This document shows, piece by piece, positions 20,010 through 31,083 of a stretch of DNA of 64,000 nucleotides. The position numbers and the translations under genes were made by a program. The stretch is taken from assembly GCA_963766735.1 (NCBI GenBank), contig CAVYBU010000025.1:32001-96000 (forward strand). Direction: 5' to 3'. This DNA is from an uncultured Chloroflexia bacterium (GTDB lineage Bacteria; Chloroflexota; Limnocylindria; Limnocylindrales; CSP1-4). How positions within the stretch are numbered: position 1 is the stretch's first letter; each line of letters opens with the position of its first letter. Under the pieces are notes generated by a model. It made no database searches and was not told where the DNA came from. It saw only the letters and a program-made list of their open reading frames with translations.

Positions 20010-21606
20010 ATGACGCTGTTCGGGGACGGCCGCCAACTCGATGCCCTGCGCGAGCGGGCATCCGCGCTGGCATCCGCCTGGGGCGCCGCCGCGGCCACGA
20101 CCACCACCGTCGGGCAGGAGCGCGCGATCCTGCGGATGTTCGGCGTCGGCGGGCTGGACCGGTCGGGCCGTCCGCTCGCGGCGGAGGTCGTGGAGCGCTA
20201 CCTCGCCCCGGACCCGCGCCGCCTGGGCGGCGGCATCGCCCTTCCGTTTGCCATGGCCATGGCCGAGTACGACCTGGCACCGATGGAGCTGGCGCGCGAG
20301 ATCGCGGCCGGCAACGTGGACCTGGGCCTGGAGGCGGAGCTGCTGGCGGAGCCCGACAGGCGAGCGATCGCGGTGGCCGACGCGACCCGGCTGGCCGGTG
20401 CGGCGCTGGACCGCGTGGACGCCAACCGGACCGCGCGTCGGGAGCTCGTGGCGCTCCTGGGGGACGGCCCGCGGCCGTGGCTGGGCGCGGTGCTGACTGC
20501 GCCGGCCATCATCGACGCCCTGGACGAGGCGACGGCCGCGATCGGCGCCGGGGCCACGCTGTTGCGCGTGGATGTCCCGCCCAGCCGGGAGCTGGCAGAG
20601 CGGATGGCGCGCGCCGGTGCCGCCCTGGACACGTGGCAGGCCGCGCCGTCCTCGCGCGGCGGCCTGGACTCCCATGACGCCTCGGGCCAGCCGATCCCCA
20701 CCGGCTCCCAGCGCGCGCTGTCCGTGCTGCGCCGGGCCGTGGACGAGGCCGCCGCTCGCCGGCGCGGGTACGTGCGGCTGGTCACCGACACCCCGGCCCT
20801 CGCGGCGCCGGACCAGGCCGTGGTGGCCGCCTTCGAGCGGATCGACGGGGTGGTGGCTGATCCGGTCCGTGAGATCGTCGCCGGACGGGTGGATCCCGAT
20901 CGCGCGCTGGCCGACCACGTGTTCGCCCACCGGATCCTGGCGCGGGCCGGGACGCAGGTCATCGTGCCCGCGGGCCCGCTTCTCGTCGCACCCGATCTCG
21001 CGACCGGCGTGCCATCCGATCCCGCAACACGATCCGGCCGAGCCCTCGCGCTGCAGCTGGTCGCGGTCGCCCTCGCCCGTCGAGGTGGTCTCGAGGCGTC
21101 GTCGGTGTGCGTGGGAGCGCTGCCCGACTGGCTCGTGGACGAGCCACTGGCGCCCGCGCGGGCGGCCGCCGAGATCGCGCTCCGCCGGGCGCTGCTCCCG
21201 GAGCACTCGCTGGCATTCATCGAGCCGCCGCTCGGGGCCGAGGCGGCCGCCACGTGGCACGCGATCGTGGCGGCCCTGCTGCCCGATGCCGGTGACGTCG
21301 ACGTGGTTCTCCGCCACCCTGCCGGCCACGGGGTCACCCTCGCTGGGCGTCACCCGCGGTGCGCTGGCGGTGGCGGCCGGTCTCCGCGTGTCGCGGGAGC
21401 GGCCGGAGCTCACGGGCGGGGCGGTCGAGCATGCCCGGCGCGCGATCGAGACGGCGTCGGCGACGCTCGCGTCCCTCGAGGAGCACGGCTGGCGCGAGAT
21501 CGTGGACCAGCCGCTGGGTATGGAGGCGACGCGCCTGGGCGCGGACGCCGTGGCCGAGCGGACGGAGGCATTCGACCCGCTCGCGGTGCGTGACGCCGCC
21601 CGCTGA
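20010..21606 (+). CDS. Divergent lysine 5,6-aminomutase alpha-subunit (KamD)-like protein (frameshift near 21330)
   Basis: Colinear similarity to KamD by recall: TTVGQERAILRMFGV, IAAGNVDL, NRTARRE, GYVRL, FERID, DRALAD, C-terminal FDPL; active-site motifs replaced. Confidence 0.7.
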
Positions 21607-21681
21607 CGGGCCGAAGACACCCCGACGGCGGCGGGACCTGCTCCCGCCGGGCTCCGCCCCGCCGGTCCGTCCGCCCGCGGG

Positions 21682-22119
21682 CTACAGGCGGGTCAGCTCG
21701 TCCGGCTCGTCGCCGGCCACCAGCCGCTCGCAGGTCGGGCAGTGCCAGCGGGCCTCGAGCGGCGTGCCGCAGGCCTCGTGGCGGAGCGGTTCCCCGGTGC
21801 CGCCACGACGGGCGCCCCAGCCGGCCAGCAGCGCCAGCGCCCCGCCGAGCTCCTTGCCGTCCGCGGTGAGGGCGTAGTCCATGCGCGGTGGACGGTGCGA
21901 GTAGGGCGTGGCCACCACGATCCCGGCGTGCTCGAGGCGGCGAAGGCGGGCGGCCAGGATGTTGGGCGCGATGCCGCCGACGGACGCGGCCAATTCGCCG
22001 AACCGGTGCGGACCGGCGAGGAGTGACTCGACGAGCAGCAGGCTCCAGCGGTCCCCCACGCGATCGAGGGCGGCGGCGAGGGCGCTCGGCGGGAGCGGCG
22101 GGACGGTCGGGTTGGTCAT
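21682..22119 (-). CDS. HxlR-family winged-helix regulator with a C-terminal HxxC...CxxC tail
   Basis: ALDRVGDRWSLL, RFGEL, ILAARLRRL, RMDYALT, HEAC...CPTC. Confidence 0.88.
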   Translation of the reverse strand: MTNPTVPPLPPSALAAALDRVGDRWSLLLVESLLAGPHRFGELAASVGGIAPNILAARLRRLEHAGIVVATPYSHRPPRMDYALTADGKELGGALALLAGWGARRGGTGEPLRHEACGTPLEARWHCPTCERLVAGDEPDELTRL

Positions 22120-22166
22120 CGCGGCAATGGTAGGCGAGGGGCTTGCGCAACGTCGTGGATCGATAG

Positions 22167-22187
22167 TAGATTGCAGATCGCAAGTAA
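22167..22187. promoter_or_regulatory. Candidate HxlR operator (inverted repeat)
   Basis: TTGC-AGATC-GCAA dyad in an AT-rich patch between the divergent hxlR and protease genes. Confidence 0.5.
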
Positions 22188-22256
22188 CAACTGACCCGTG
22201 CGACCGGACCGCCCCGCGTCCCGGAGCCGGGTCGCCATCGAGGTCTGTTCGTCCCC

Positions 22257-23153
22257 ATGTCCGTGCTCAGCGAGCTCCAGGAAGCCGTCGCGGCGGTCGC
22301 CGTCGCCGTCGGCCCGTCCGTCGTCGGGATCGGTTCCCGTCTCCGCGGCTCCGGCGTCGTCATCGCCGACGGCCGCATCCTCACCAACGCCCACAACCTC
22401 CACGGTGGCGAGGTCACCGTGCGGTTCGTCGATGGCCGCGTGACGCGGGGCGCCGTCAAGGGCGTCGACTGGGACGGCGACCTGGCTGTCGTCGAGGCCG
22501 ATACGACCGGCGTCCCGGCCATCGCATGGTCGGCTGGCTCCACCACCATCGGGACCGCGGTCTTCGCTGCCGCCGCCACCCCGTCGGGCGGTGCGCGCGT
22601 GTCGTTCGGGTTCGTCTCGTCCATGGAGCGTGCGTTCCGCGGGCCCGGCGGCCGGCGCATCTCCGGCTCGCTCGAGCACACCGCGCCACTGGCGCCGGGT
22701 TCGTCGGGCAGCCCGCTCCTCGACGCCGACGGCGCCCTGGTGGGCCTCAACACCAACCGGGTGGGTGAGGGGTTCTACCTGGCGCTGCCCGCGGACGCCT
22801 CGCTCCGGGCAAGGGTCGAGGCGCTGGGCAGCGGCGAGTCGCGCGAGCGGCCTCAGCTGGGGATCGCGGTGGCTCCGGCGCACGTCGCCCGGCACCTTCG
22901 CCGGTCGGTGGGCCTGCCCGAGCTGGACGGTGTGCTCGTCCGGGCCGTCGAGGACGGGTCGCCGGCCGAGGCCGCGGGCATCGCCGAGGGCGATCTCCTG
23001 GTCGGCGCCGCCGGCCGCCCGATCACGGACGTGGACACGCTCCACGAAGTCCTGCGCGACGCCGGTTTCCCGCTCGAGCTGACGCTCGTGCGTGGCGCGG
23101 AGGAGCGGGTCGTGACGGTGCAGGCTCCGGCGGAGGACGCGGCCGGAGAGTAG
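22257..23153 (+). CDS. HtrA/S1C trypsin-like serine protease with PDZ domain, no signal peptide
   Basis: Triad motifs LTNAH, GDLAV, PGSSGSPL; PDZ motif GSPAEAAGI..GD. Confidence 0.88.
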   Translation: MSVLSELQEAVAAVAVAVGPSVVGIGSRLRGSGVVIADGRILTNAHNLHGGEVTVRFVDGRVTRGAVKGVDWDGDLAVVEADTTGVPAIAWSAGSTTIGTAVFAAAATPSGGARVSFGFVSSMERAFRGPGGRRISGSLEHTAPLAPGSSGSPLLDADGALVGLNTNRVGEGFYLALPADASLRARVEALGSGESRERPQLGIAVAPAHVARHLRRSVGLPELDGVLVRAVEDGSPAEAAGIAEGDLLVGAAGRPITDVDTLHEVLRDAGFPLELTLVRGAEERVVTVQAPAEDAAGE

Positions 23154-23192
23154 ACGCCGGCCTGGCGCCCTGCGCCTCGAGGCCGGGGCGCG

Positions 23193-23456
23193 TCAGGCCT
23201 CGGCTTCGGCCTCCATCACCGCGAGGCGCGTGTAGTAGTCCGGCAGCTCGGTCAGGTGGGCGAGCGCGATCTTCCCGGTGAGGTACGGATCGTCGCCGGT
23301 CACGTTGGTCGCCGGGTCGCGCCGGCCATGCTCGAGCTCCACGTCGAGGCCCGAGCGGAACTCCTCGAGCCCGAACGGGCTGGTGGTGAAGTCGATGCCG
23401 AGGTGATCGGCGATCTCCTGCGCTTCGGCCGCGCTGAACCCGCTCCTGGCGGTCAT
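23193..23456 (-). CDS. Small conserved protein (DUF5661-like)
   Basis: GLDVELEHG...TNVT.DD...TGKIALAHL.E.PDYYTRL; GGAGG RBS. Confidence 0.8.
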   Translation of the reverse strand: MTARSGFSAAEAQEIADHLGIDFTTSPFGLEEFRSGLDVELEHGRRDPATNVTGDDPYLTGKIALAHLTELPDYYTRLAVMEAEAEA

Positions 23457-23625
23457 GGATACCTCCTGTGGATGGGCCACCAGCGTTGGCTCGCTCGCGT
23501 GCGGTTCGCAAGGGGCAAGCGGATCATCGTTGGCACGCTCGAGGCGGCTCGACCCTTCTCGACCGGGGCCAGCGCGCCGCGGGACGGGTCGCGCCGCACG
23601 CTCGCGGCGAGTACGCTCCGGGTAA

Positions 23626-25153
<1,528 letters not shown>

Positions 25154-25204
25154 CCGCCGCCGGGGGCGGCTCGGTGGCCATAGGAGCCTGCTAGCATCGC
25201 CGCG

Positions 25205-26818
25205 ATGCGCCGCCCCCCACTCCCGTCCTTCATCGGCGATCTCGTCGCGGATCGCCGCGCGTTCGGCGCCCTCCTTGCGGGCATGGTGGCCCTGTTCGCG
25301 GCCGGCATGGATCCCAAGGTCATGGCGCCCATGGCCACGTCCACGCAGGCGGCGATCCGCGCCCGGCCGGAGATCGAGGGGCTGATCCTCCTGGTCTCCG
25401 TGCTGACTGCCGTGCTGCTGCTGGCCGGCGGGGCGGTCGGCGATACGAGGCGTGCACGGCCGATCCTCGTCGGAGGCCTGTCGGTCTCGCTCGTGTGCGC
25501 GATGGCCGTACTCCTGGTGGTGCCACCCGGTGGGGTCCTGTTCACGATCGTGCGGTTCATCGGCGTCGCCTCCGCGGCCATGGTGATGCCGGTTGCCCTC
25601 GCGATCGCCGCCACCGCGTACACGGGCATCCCAAGGGCCACGGCCATCGGCATCGCGTATGCGGCCTACGGCGCCGGCCAGGGGCTCTCGCCGATGCTGG
25701 TCGCGCTGATCCCCGGCACGTATGCGCCCGCATTCATCGCCTCGATCGCGGCCTCGGCACTCGCACTCGCGGTCGTTCGTGGCCGTGTCCCGGACCTCCC
25801 TCGGCCGACGCGAGCCGAGAAGCCGGTCGTGTACGGGACCGCGCTGTGGGCCTCCGGGGTGGTGCTCATCTCGGCCGGGGTCCTGTGGCTGGGAGCCGGC
25901 TGGGACGAACCGCTGCGGATCGCACTCGTCCTCGGCGGCATCCTGCTGGTCGCCCTCTTCTTCCTCTGGGAGCGCCGCCGGCGGGCCGAGAACGCCGAGC
26001 CCGTCCGCGTCAACCGCCGCCCGGTGACGATCGCGCTGTTCGTGGGCCTGGTCATCGCGCTCGCGCAGATCATCCCGATGTCGCAGCTGCCGCTCTACTT
26101 CGGCGTGGGCATGCAGTACGGCCCGATCTTCGGCATCGTTGCCCTCGCGCCCCTGTTCGCCGCCCTGGTCGCCGCGGGCCCGATTGCCGGCTTCCTCCTC
26201 GCGCGCTACCAGCCGAGGCACCTCATCGCAGGCGGGGTCCTGGCCATCGGCCTCGGCGACATCCTGGTGGCCGCGGTCATCGGACCGACGACGACATACC
26301 TCGCGTTCATCATCCCGCTGGCGCTCGTTGGCGGAGGGTTCGTCGTGGCCACCACGGTCCGGACGGCGATCATCTTCTCCAGCGTTCCCCGGGGCCTGCC
26401 GGCGACCGCGGCGGCGCTCAACGAGGCCTCGGTCGAGGTCGGCACGCGAGCCGGCATCGTCATCGCCACCAGCCTCCTGGCCGAGGTCGCGATCAGGGCG
26501 TACTCGACCTCCCTCGCGGGCCAGCCCCAGGTCGAGGTTGACGGGCTCGTCGCGACGTTCCGGGACGTGCTGATCGTGCTGGGCACGCCCGACTTCAAGA
26601 CCGTGGTCGACGCCCTACCACAGACTGACCTGGTGGAGGCCTACAAGGCCGCGTACTTCACCGGGGTCCAGGTCACCATGCTGGTCGGCGGGGCGGTGGG
26701 CGTCGTCGGTGCCGTGATCGCCTGGATCACGCTGGGGCGGCACAACCCGCTCCGGACGGTGTACGAGCACCGCGACGAGCGGGCAGCCACCGACGAGCGG
26801 GCGGCCGCGACGGGCTGA
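25205..26818 (+). CDS. MFS transporter (about 14 TM)
   Basis: LLAGGAVGDTRRAR motif-A variant; many TM helices. Confidence 0.82.
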   Translation: MRRPPLPSFIGDLVADRRAFGALLAGMVALFAAGMDPKVMAPMATSTQAAIRARPEIEGLILLVSVLTAVLLLAGGAVGDTRRARPILVGGLSVSLVCAMAVLLVVPPGGVLFTIVRFIGVASAAMVMPVALAIAATAYTGIPRATAIGIAYAAYGAGQGLSPMLVALIPGTYAPAFIASIAASALALAVVRGRVPDLPRPTRAEKPVVYGTALWASGVVLISAGVLWLGAGWDEPLRIALVLGGILLVALFFLWERRRRAENAEPVRVNRRPVTIALFVGLVIALAQIIPMSQLPLYFGVGMQYGPIFGIVALAPLFAALVAAGPIAGFLLARYQPRHLIAGGVLAIGLGDILVAAVIGPTTTYLAFIIPLALVGGGFVVATTVRTAIIFSSVPRGLPATAAALNEASVEVGTRAGIVIATSLLAEVAIRAYSTSLAGQPQVEVDGLVATFRDVLIVLGTPDFKTVVDALPQTDLVEAYKAAYFTGVQVTMLVGGAVGVVGAVIAWITLGRHNPLRTVYEHRDERAATDERAAATG

Positions 26819-26913
26819 AGCCGGCGCCGTCGAACTCGCGCCCGCCTGTCGCCCTCGCGCCGGCGCTGACCGCGCCGAGCCTGACCCGCGCCAGGGCGTC
26901 CGCCCCCCGAGAG

Positions 26914-28383
26914 CTACGCCCCCGCGATCTCCGCCGGCACCCCCGGCAGCCCGGCGAGGCCGAACGGCTCGCCCGCCTCGCGGATGCGCGCCACCATCGA
27001 CGCAGCCACCACCGGGTCGATCGCCGGCAGCTGATGGTTCGCGACGATCTCGTCGACCCGCTCCCGGGCCCGGCCGAAGGCATCCAGCCCGCCGGCGTCC
27101 AGCCAGGCACGGCGCGAGTTCCGGTCGATGATCCGGGTGGGCAGGAACTGCTCCGAGCGGAACAGCTTCCGCGTCTCCTGCAGCTCCAGGAACCGGCCCT
27201 CGGGTCCGGCCGCCTCGAAGGATCCGATCGCCAGCGTCTCCGTCGGCGTGCCGATCCCGCGCAGCAGCCGCTGGACCATGCCGATGGCCTCGGCGTCGAT
27301 GACCAGCTTCTCCGGGCTCTGGGCCAGGAGGAAATCCACCATGCCCGGGCCGCTGATCATGTCGATGCCGGCCAGCCCGCCGATCAGGGCCGTCATCCCG
27401 GTCTCCAGGCCCGCCTGCGCGTCGACCACCTTGGAGTCGGTGGCGCCCAGGTAGGCGTGGACCGGCAGGCCCAGGGACTTGCCGACGGCCGCGTAGCCGG
27501 CGTCGATCATCGCCGTCTCGATGGCGCCCATCGGCGTCGAGCCCGTCCGCATGTCCACGATGGTCGGCGCGCCGCCCCAGACGATGGGCGACCCTGCCTC
27601 GGCCAGCTGGTGCAGGACGATGCCGGCCAGGGTCTCGGCGGCGTGCTGGACGATCGACCCGATCAGCGTGACCGGCGAGGCCACCCCGGCCAGGGGCATC
27701 GAGATGAGCTCGGCCGGGACGTGAGCCCGGGCCAGGTCCATCACGTTCCGGCACGCGAACTCGGACCAGGTGAGGGGCGGGGACGGGCAGACGTCGAAGA
27801 CGGCCCGCGGCTTCTCGGCCAGGGCGGCGTGTCCGCCGGCGTCCAGCGCGAGGATCTCCATCATCACCGCCGACCCGTGCGGCGTGAACGCGCCGGTGAC
27901 GACCGGCTTGTCCGAGTGGAGCATGACAAGGAACAGGCGGTACAGGTCGCCGATTTCCGTTGGGACATCGTGGGCGACCATCGAGGTGGAGACCGCGTCG
28001 TAGGCCGCCAGCGAATCGGCGACGCGCGTGAGCCTGACGAGGTCCGCGGCCTGGGACTGGCGGGTGTCCATCGTGGCGGGGTCCAGCACGGCGACGCCGG
28101 ACGAGCCCGGATCGAAGTTGACGACGCCCTGCCCGTAGCGGGCGGCGACCTCGCCCGTGCGGCTGTAGAGGTTGAACGAGCGGGGGACGGTGTCCAGCGC
28201 CCGCCGGACCATGGCCTCCGGGATGCGGACCCGGTCGCCCTCCGCCGTGCCGCCGCCGGCCACGAGGACGCGGATCGCCTCGGGCTCCTCGACCTTCACG
28301 CCGGGTCGGTCAAGGAGGACCAGGGCCTCCCCGACGACCCGCTCGATCAGGGCGGGGTCAAGGAGCTCGAATCGGGGTCGCAT
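26914..28383 (-). CDS. mttB: Trimethylamine methyltransferase (MttB) family protein, non-pyrrolysine
   Basis: SPPL, GVASPVTLIG, DMRTG, GATDSK..DAQAG.E, EKLVIDAE; no in-frame TAG. Confidence 0.9.
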   Translation of the reverse strand: MRPRFELLDPALIERVVGEALVLLDRPGVKVEEPEAIRVLVAGGGTAEGDRVRIPEAMVRRALDTVPRSFNLYSRTGEVAARYGQGVVNFDPGSSGVAVLDPATMDTRQSQAADLVRLTRVADSLAAYDAVSTSMVAHDVPTEIGDLYRLFLVMLHSDKPVVTGAFTPHGSAVMMEILALDAGGHAALAEKPRAVFDVCPSPPLTWSEFACRNVMDLARAHVPAELISMPLAGVASPVTLIGSIVQHAAETLAGIVLHQLAEAGSPIVWGGAPTIVDMRTGSTPMGAIETAMIDAGYAAVGKSLGLPVHAYLGATDSKVVDAQAGLETGMTALIGGLAGIDMISGPGMVDFLLAQSPEKLVIDAEAIGMVQRLLRGIGTPTETLAIGSFEAAGPEGRFLELQETRKLFRSEQFLPTRIIDRNSRRAWLDAGGLDAFGRARERVDEIVANHQLPAIDPVVAASMVARIREAGEPFGLAGLPGVPAEIAGA

Positions 28384-28441
28384 CGGGGTGAGCCTCCGGG
28401 TGTGCTTGGGGCAGGGCTGGACGGACGGTCGACGAAGGCGG

Positions 28442-29930
28442 TCAGGGCCGGGCGTCGGCCGAGAGGAACGTCGCCGGATCGGCGGCATGGGCGGTGATGA
28501 GCCGGTCCAGCTCGGCGTCGAGCGCCGGCTCCAGCGGCTCGGGCTGGTGGTCTCGCAGGAGGGTCCGGGCGCGCTCGAGCGCCTCGCGGTGCGGCTTCTC
28601 CGGGTCCGCGACCCACTGGCCGTACGGCCGCCGGTCCAGGTACTTCGACTGCCACAGGCCACGCATGTGGGTGCGGGTGTGCGGGAGCGTCAGGTACTCG
28701 CCGCCGGGGCCGACCTCCGCGATCGCCTCCAGCGCCAGCGACACGTCATCGGTCGGGATCCCGCGCAGCATCGCCTTCACGATGCCGTCGATCTCGGTGT
28801 CCAGGATCATCTGCTCGTAGGACCAGATGCGGCTCCCGTGGAGGAGGCCTGCGCCGAGCAGCATGTCGGATCCGGTTGCGGACGCCATGAACGACGACAG
28901 CCCGTTCTCGAGGCCCGCCTGCCAGTCGGAGCTCTTGGCCCCGGTGGCGTACGCGCCCATCGACAGCGGGACGTCGTAGAAGTCGGACAGCTCATTGGTG
29001 GCCGCACCGAACAGGAAGTCCTCCGGACCGCCGCCGGTGTAGGCGCCGGAGCGCAGGTCCATCGCGGTCTGGGCGGCCGCGTAGTAGACAGGGCAGCCGG
29101 GGTAGGCGAGCTGCATGAGGGCCAGCGCGGAGATGACCTCGGCGTTGCCGACCACCAGCGATCCAGCGATCGTGGCGGGTCCGCTGAAGGCACACGACGC
29201 CATCGTCATGTACCCGACCGGGATCCCGGCCTCGGCGGCGACGAGCCCTGCGTCGATCGAGCCGCCGTCATGGGCGAGCGGGCTGATCGTGCACTGCATC
29301 ATCGAGAACACCGGCCGTGCGCGGAGGGCGTCCCGCCCGCCGGCGATCGCCGCAGACATCTCGATCGACGGTCGCCGCGTCCTCGCCCGTCACCACGCTC
29401 TCGCTCTGGGCGTGCTTGGTCGAGTTCCGCCAGACTGCCGCGATCTCCTCGAGGGGTCGCGTCACGGGCGGGCGGTCCTGTGCGGAGACGGCCACCCAGT
29501 GGAACGCGATCTCGTCGAGGGCGTCAGCGACACGGGCGATGTCCGCGACGTCCGCGAGAGTGGACCGGCGCACGTCCAGCGTCCACGGATCCAGCACCTC
29601 GATGCCGCAGCCGTCCGTGGCCAGGTGGACGTGGCGCCCGTCGAGCGGCAGGTCCTGCACGGGGTTCCGGGCAGCCAGGACGTACGAGGGCGGGGCAGTC
29701 TTGAGCGCCGCCTCGATGATGTGCCCGGGGACGCGGACGATCCCGCTCTCCCGATCGACCGTCGCCCCATTGGCGGCCCAGATCGCCTGGGCGCGCGCCG
29801 ATGGGAACCGTACGCCGACGCGCTCGATGACATCCAGGGTTGCCGTGTGGATCCGACGGATCGCGGCCGGCGAGAGGACCTCCAGGCGCGGGCGGGCTTC
29901 TCCGTCCGTCGCTGTCGGTGACGTGGTCAT
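28442..29930 (-). CDS. mttB: Second MttB-family methyltransferase, non-pyrrolysine (frameshift near 29365)
   Basis: IHTATLDVIERVGV, ISPL, SGPATIAG, DLRSG, ATGAK..DWQAG.E, SYEQMILD.E. Confidence 0.88.
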
Positions 29931-30060
29931 GCATGCCTCCGGCCGGGCGTCGCGCCCGGCATCTACCGGGCCGGTCCCCGGTGGGTCCGGCCGTGCTATT
30001 CCGCGCGGACACGTGGCCCCGGCCTCCCGGCGCGGGCCCGTGTCGCGGGTGTGTCTCAGG

Positions 30061-30723
30061 TCAGGCGGTTGCGGCTTCGGCCCCGAGCAGCTTGCGCGCC
30101 AGCGCGACCGCGCCGATCGCGTCCTCGCTGTACCCGTCGGCGCCGATCTCGGACGCCCAGCTCGCGCTGGCCGGTGCGCCGCCGACGATGACCTTCACCT
30201 TCGGACGCATGCCCGCGGCCTCAAGGGCCTCGACGACGGTCCGCTGTCCGGCCATGGTCGTGGTCAGCAGCGCGGAGACGCCGATGAGGTCCGCGTTGTG
30301 CTCGCGGGCGGCATCGATGAACGATTCCGGGGCCACGTCGACGCCGAGGTCGTGAACCTCGAAACCGGAGGTGGAGAGCATCATCCCCACGAGGTTCTTG
30401 CCGATCTCGTGAATGTCGCCCTTGACCGTGCCGATGACCACGCGGCCGACGACGCTGCGGCTGGTGTTCTGGCGCGCCATCTCGGGCTCCAGGAGGTCGA
30501 TGGCCTTCTGCATGGCGCGGGCGGCCAGCATCATGTCCGGCAGGTACAGCTCGCCGAGGCCGAACTGCTCGCCGACGTACGACAGCCCGGGCACGAAGCC
30601 CCGTTCGATCGCGTCCAGGGGCGGGACCCCGTCCGCGAGCGCCGACTCTGCGAGGGCCGCGGCCGCGGCAGCGTCGCCGTCGATGACTGACTGGCGCATC
30701 GCCGCGAAGATCTCGTCGCCCAT
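30061..30723 (-). CDS. Methyltransferase cognate corrinoid protein (MttC-like)
   Basis: B12-binding motif GTVKGDIHEIGKNLV, SALLTTT, VGGAP; cap domain. Confidence 0.93.
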   Translation of the reverse strand: MGDEIFAAMRQSVIDGDAAAAAALAESALADGVPPLDAIERGFVPGLSYVGEQFGLGELYLPDMMLAARAMQKAIDLLEPEMARQNTSRSVVGRVVIGTVKGDIHEIGKNLVGMMLSTSGFEVHDLGVDVAPESFIDAAREHNADLIGVSALLTTTMAGQRTVVEALEAAGMRPKVKVIVGGAPASASWASEIGADGYSEDAIGAVALARKLLGAEAATA

Positions 30724-31083
30724 GTGTGTGCTCCTCCGATCAGACCTGGTGCGCGTCGGCGCTGGAAGTGATTATCGCGGTTGCGGCGCGGTCATGGTCC
30801 GCGGGCGCGCCATGAGGGCTTGCCGTGCGGGGTGGACCAGACGATCGACATACGATGGATACCACCGGTCGCCGCAGTGGTCGATGGTGTGATCCGCCTC
30901 GAGGAACGATCCGTTGCATCGAGACCCGTTTCGGGGCGTAACGAACCACGGACGCCGGTCCCGCGGCGGGGTGAACTCCAGCCTCATGCCCCTGGCAGGG
31001 GCCGCGATAGGGCGTAATGTCCCCAGGGAACGGGCCGATGGACCATCCGGGCCATCCCCCGCGTCCGATGAGACTCACCCTTG

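Noticed and set aside
26914-29930. Pyrrolysine recoding in the MttB genes
   Set aside because: Neither gene has an in-frame TAG; the equivalent position is Ala, and no pyl genes are in the window
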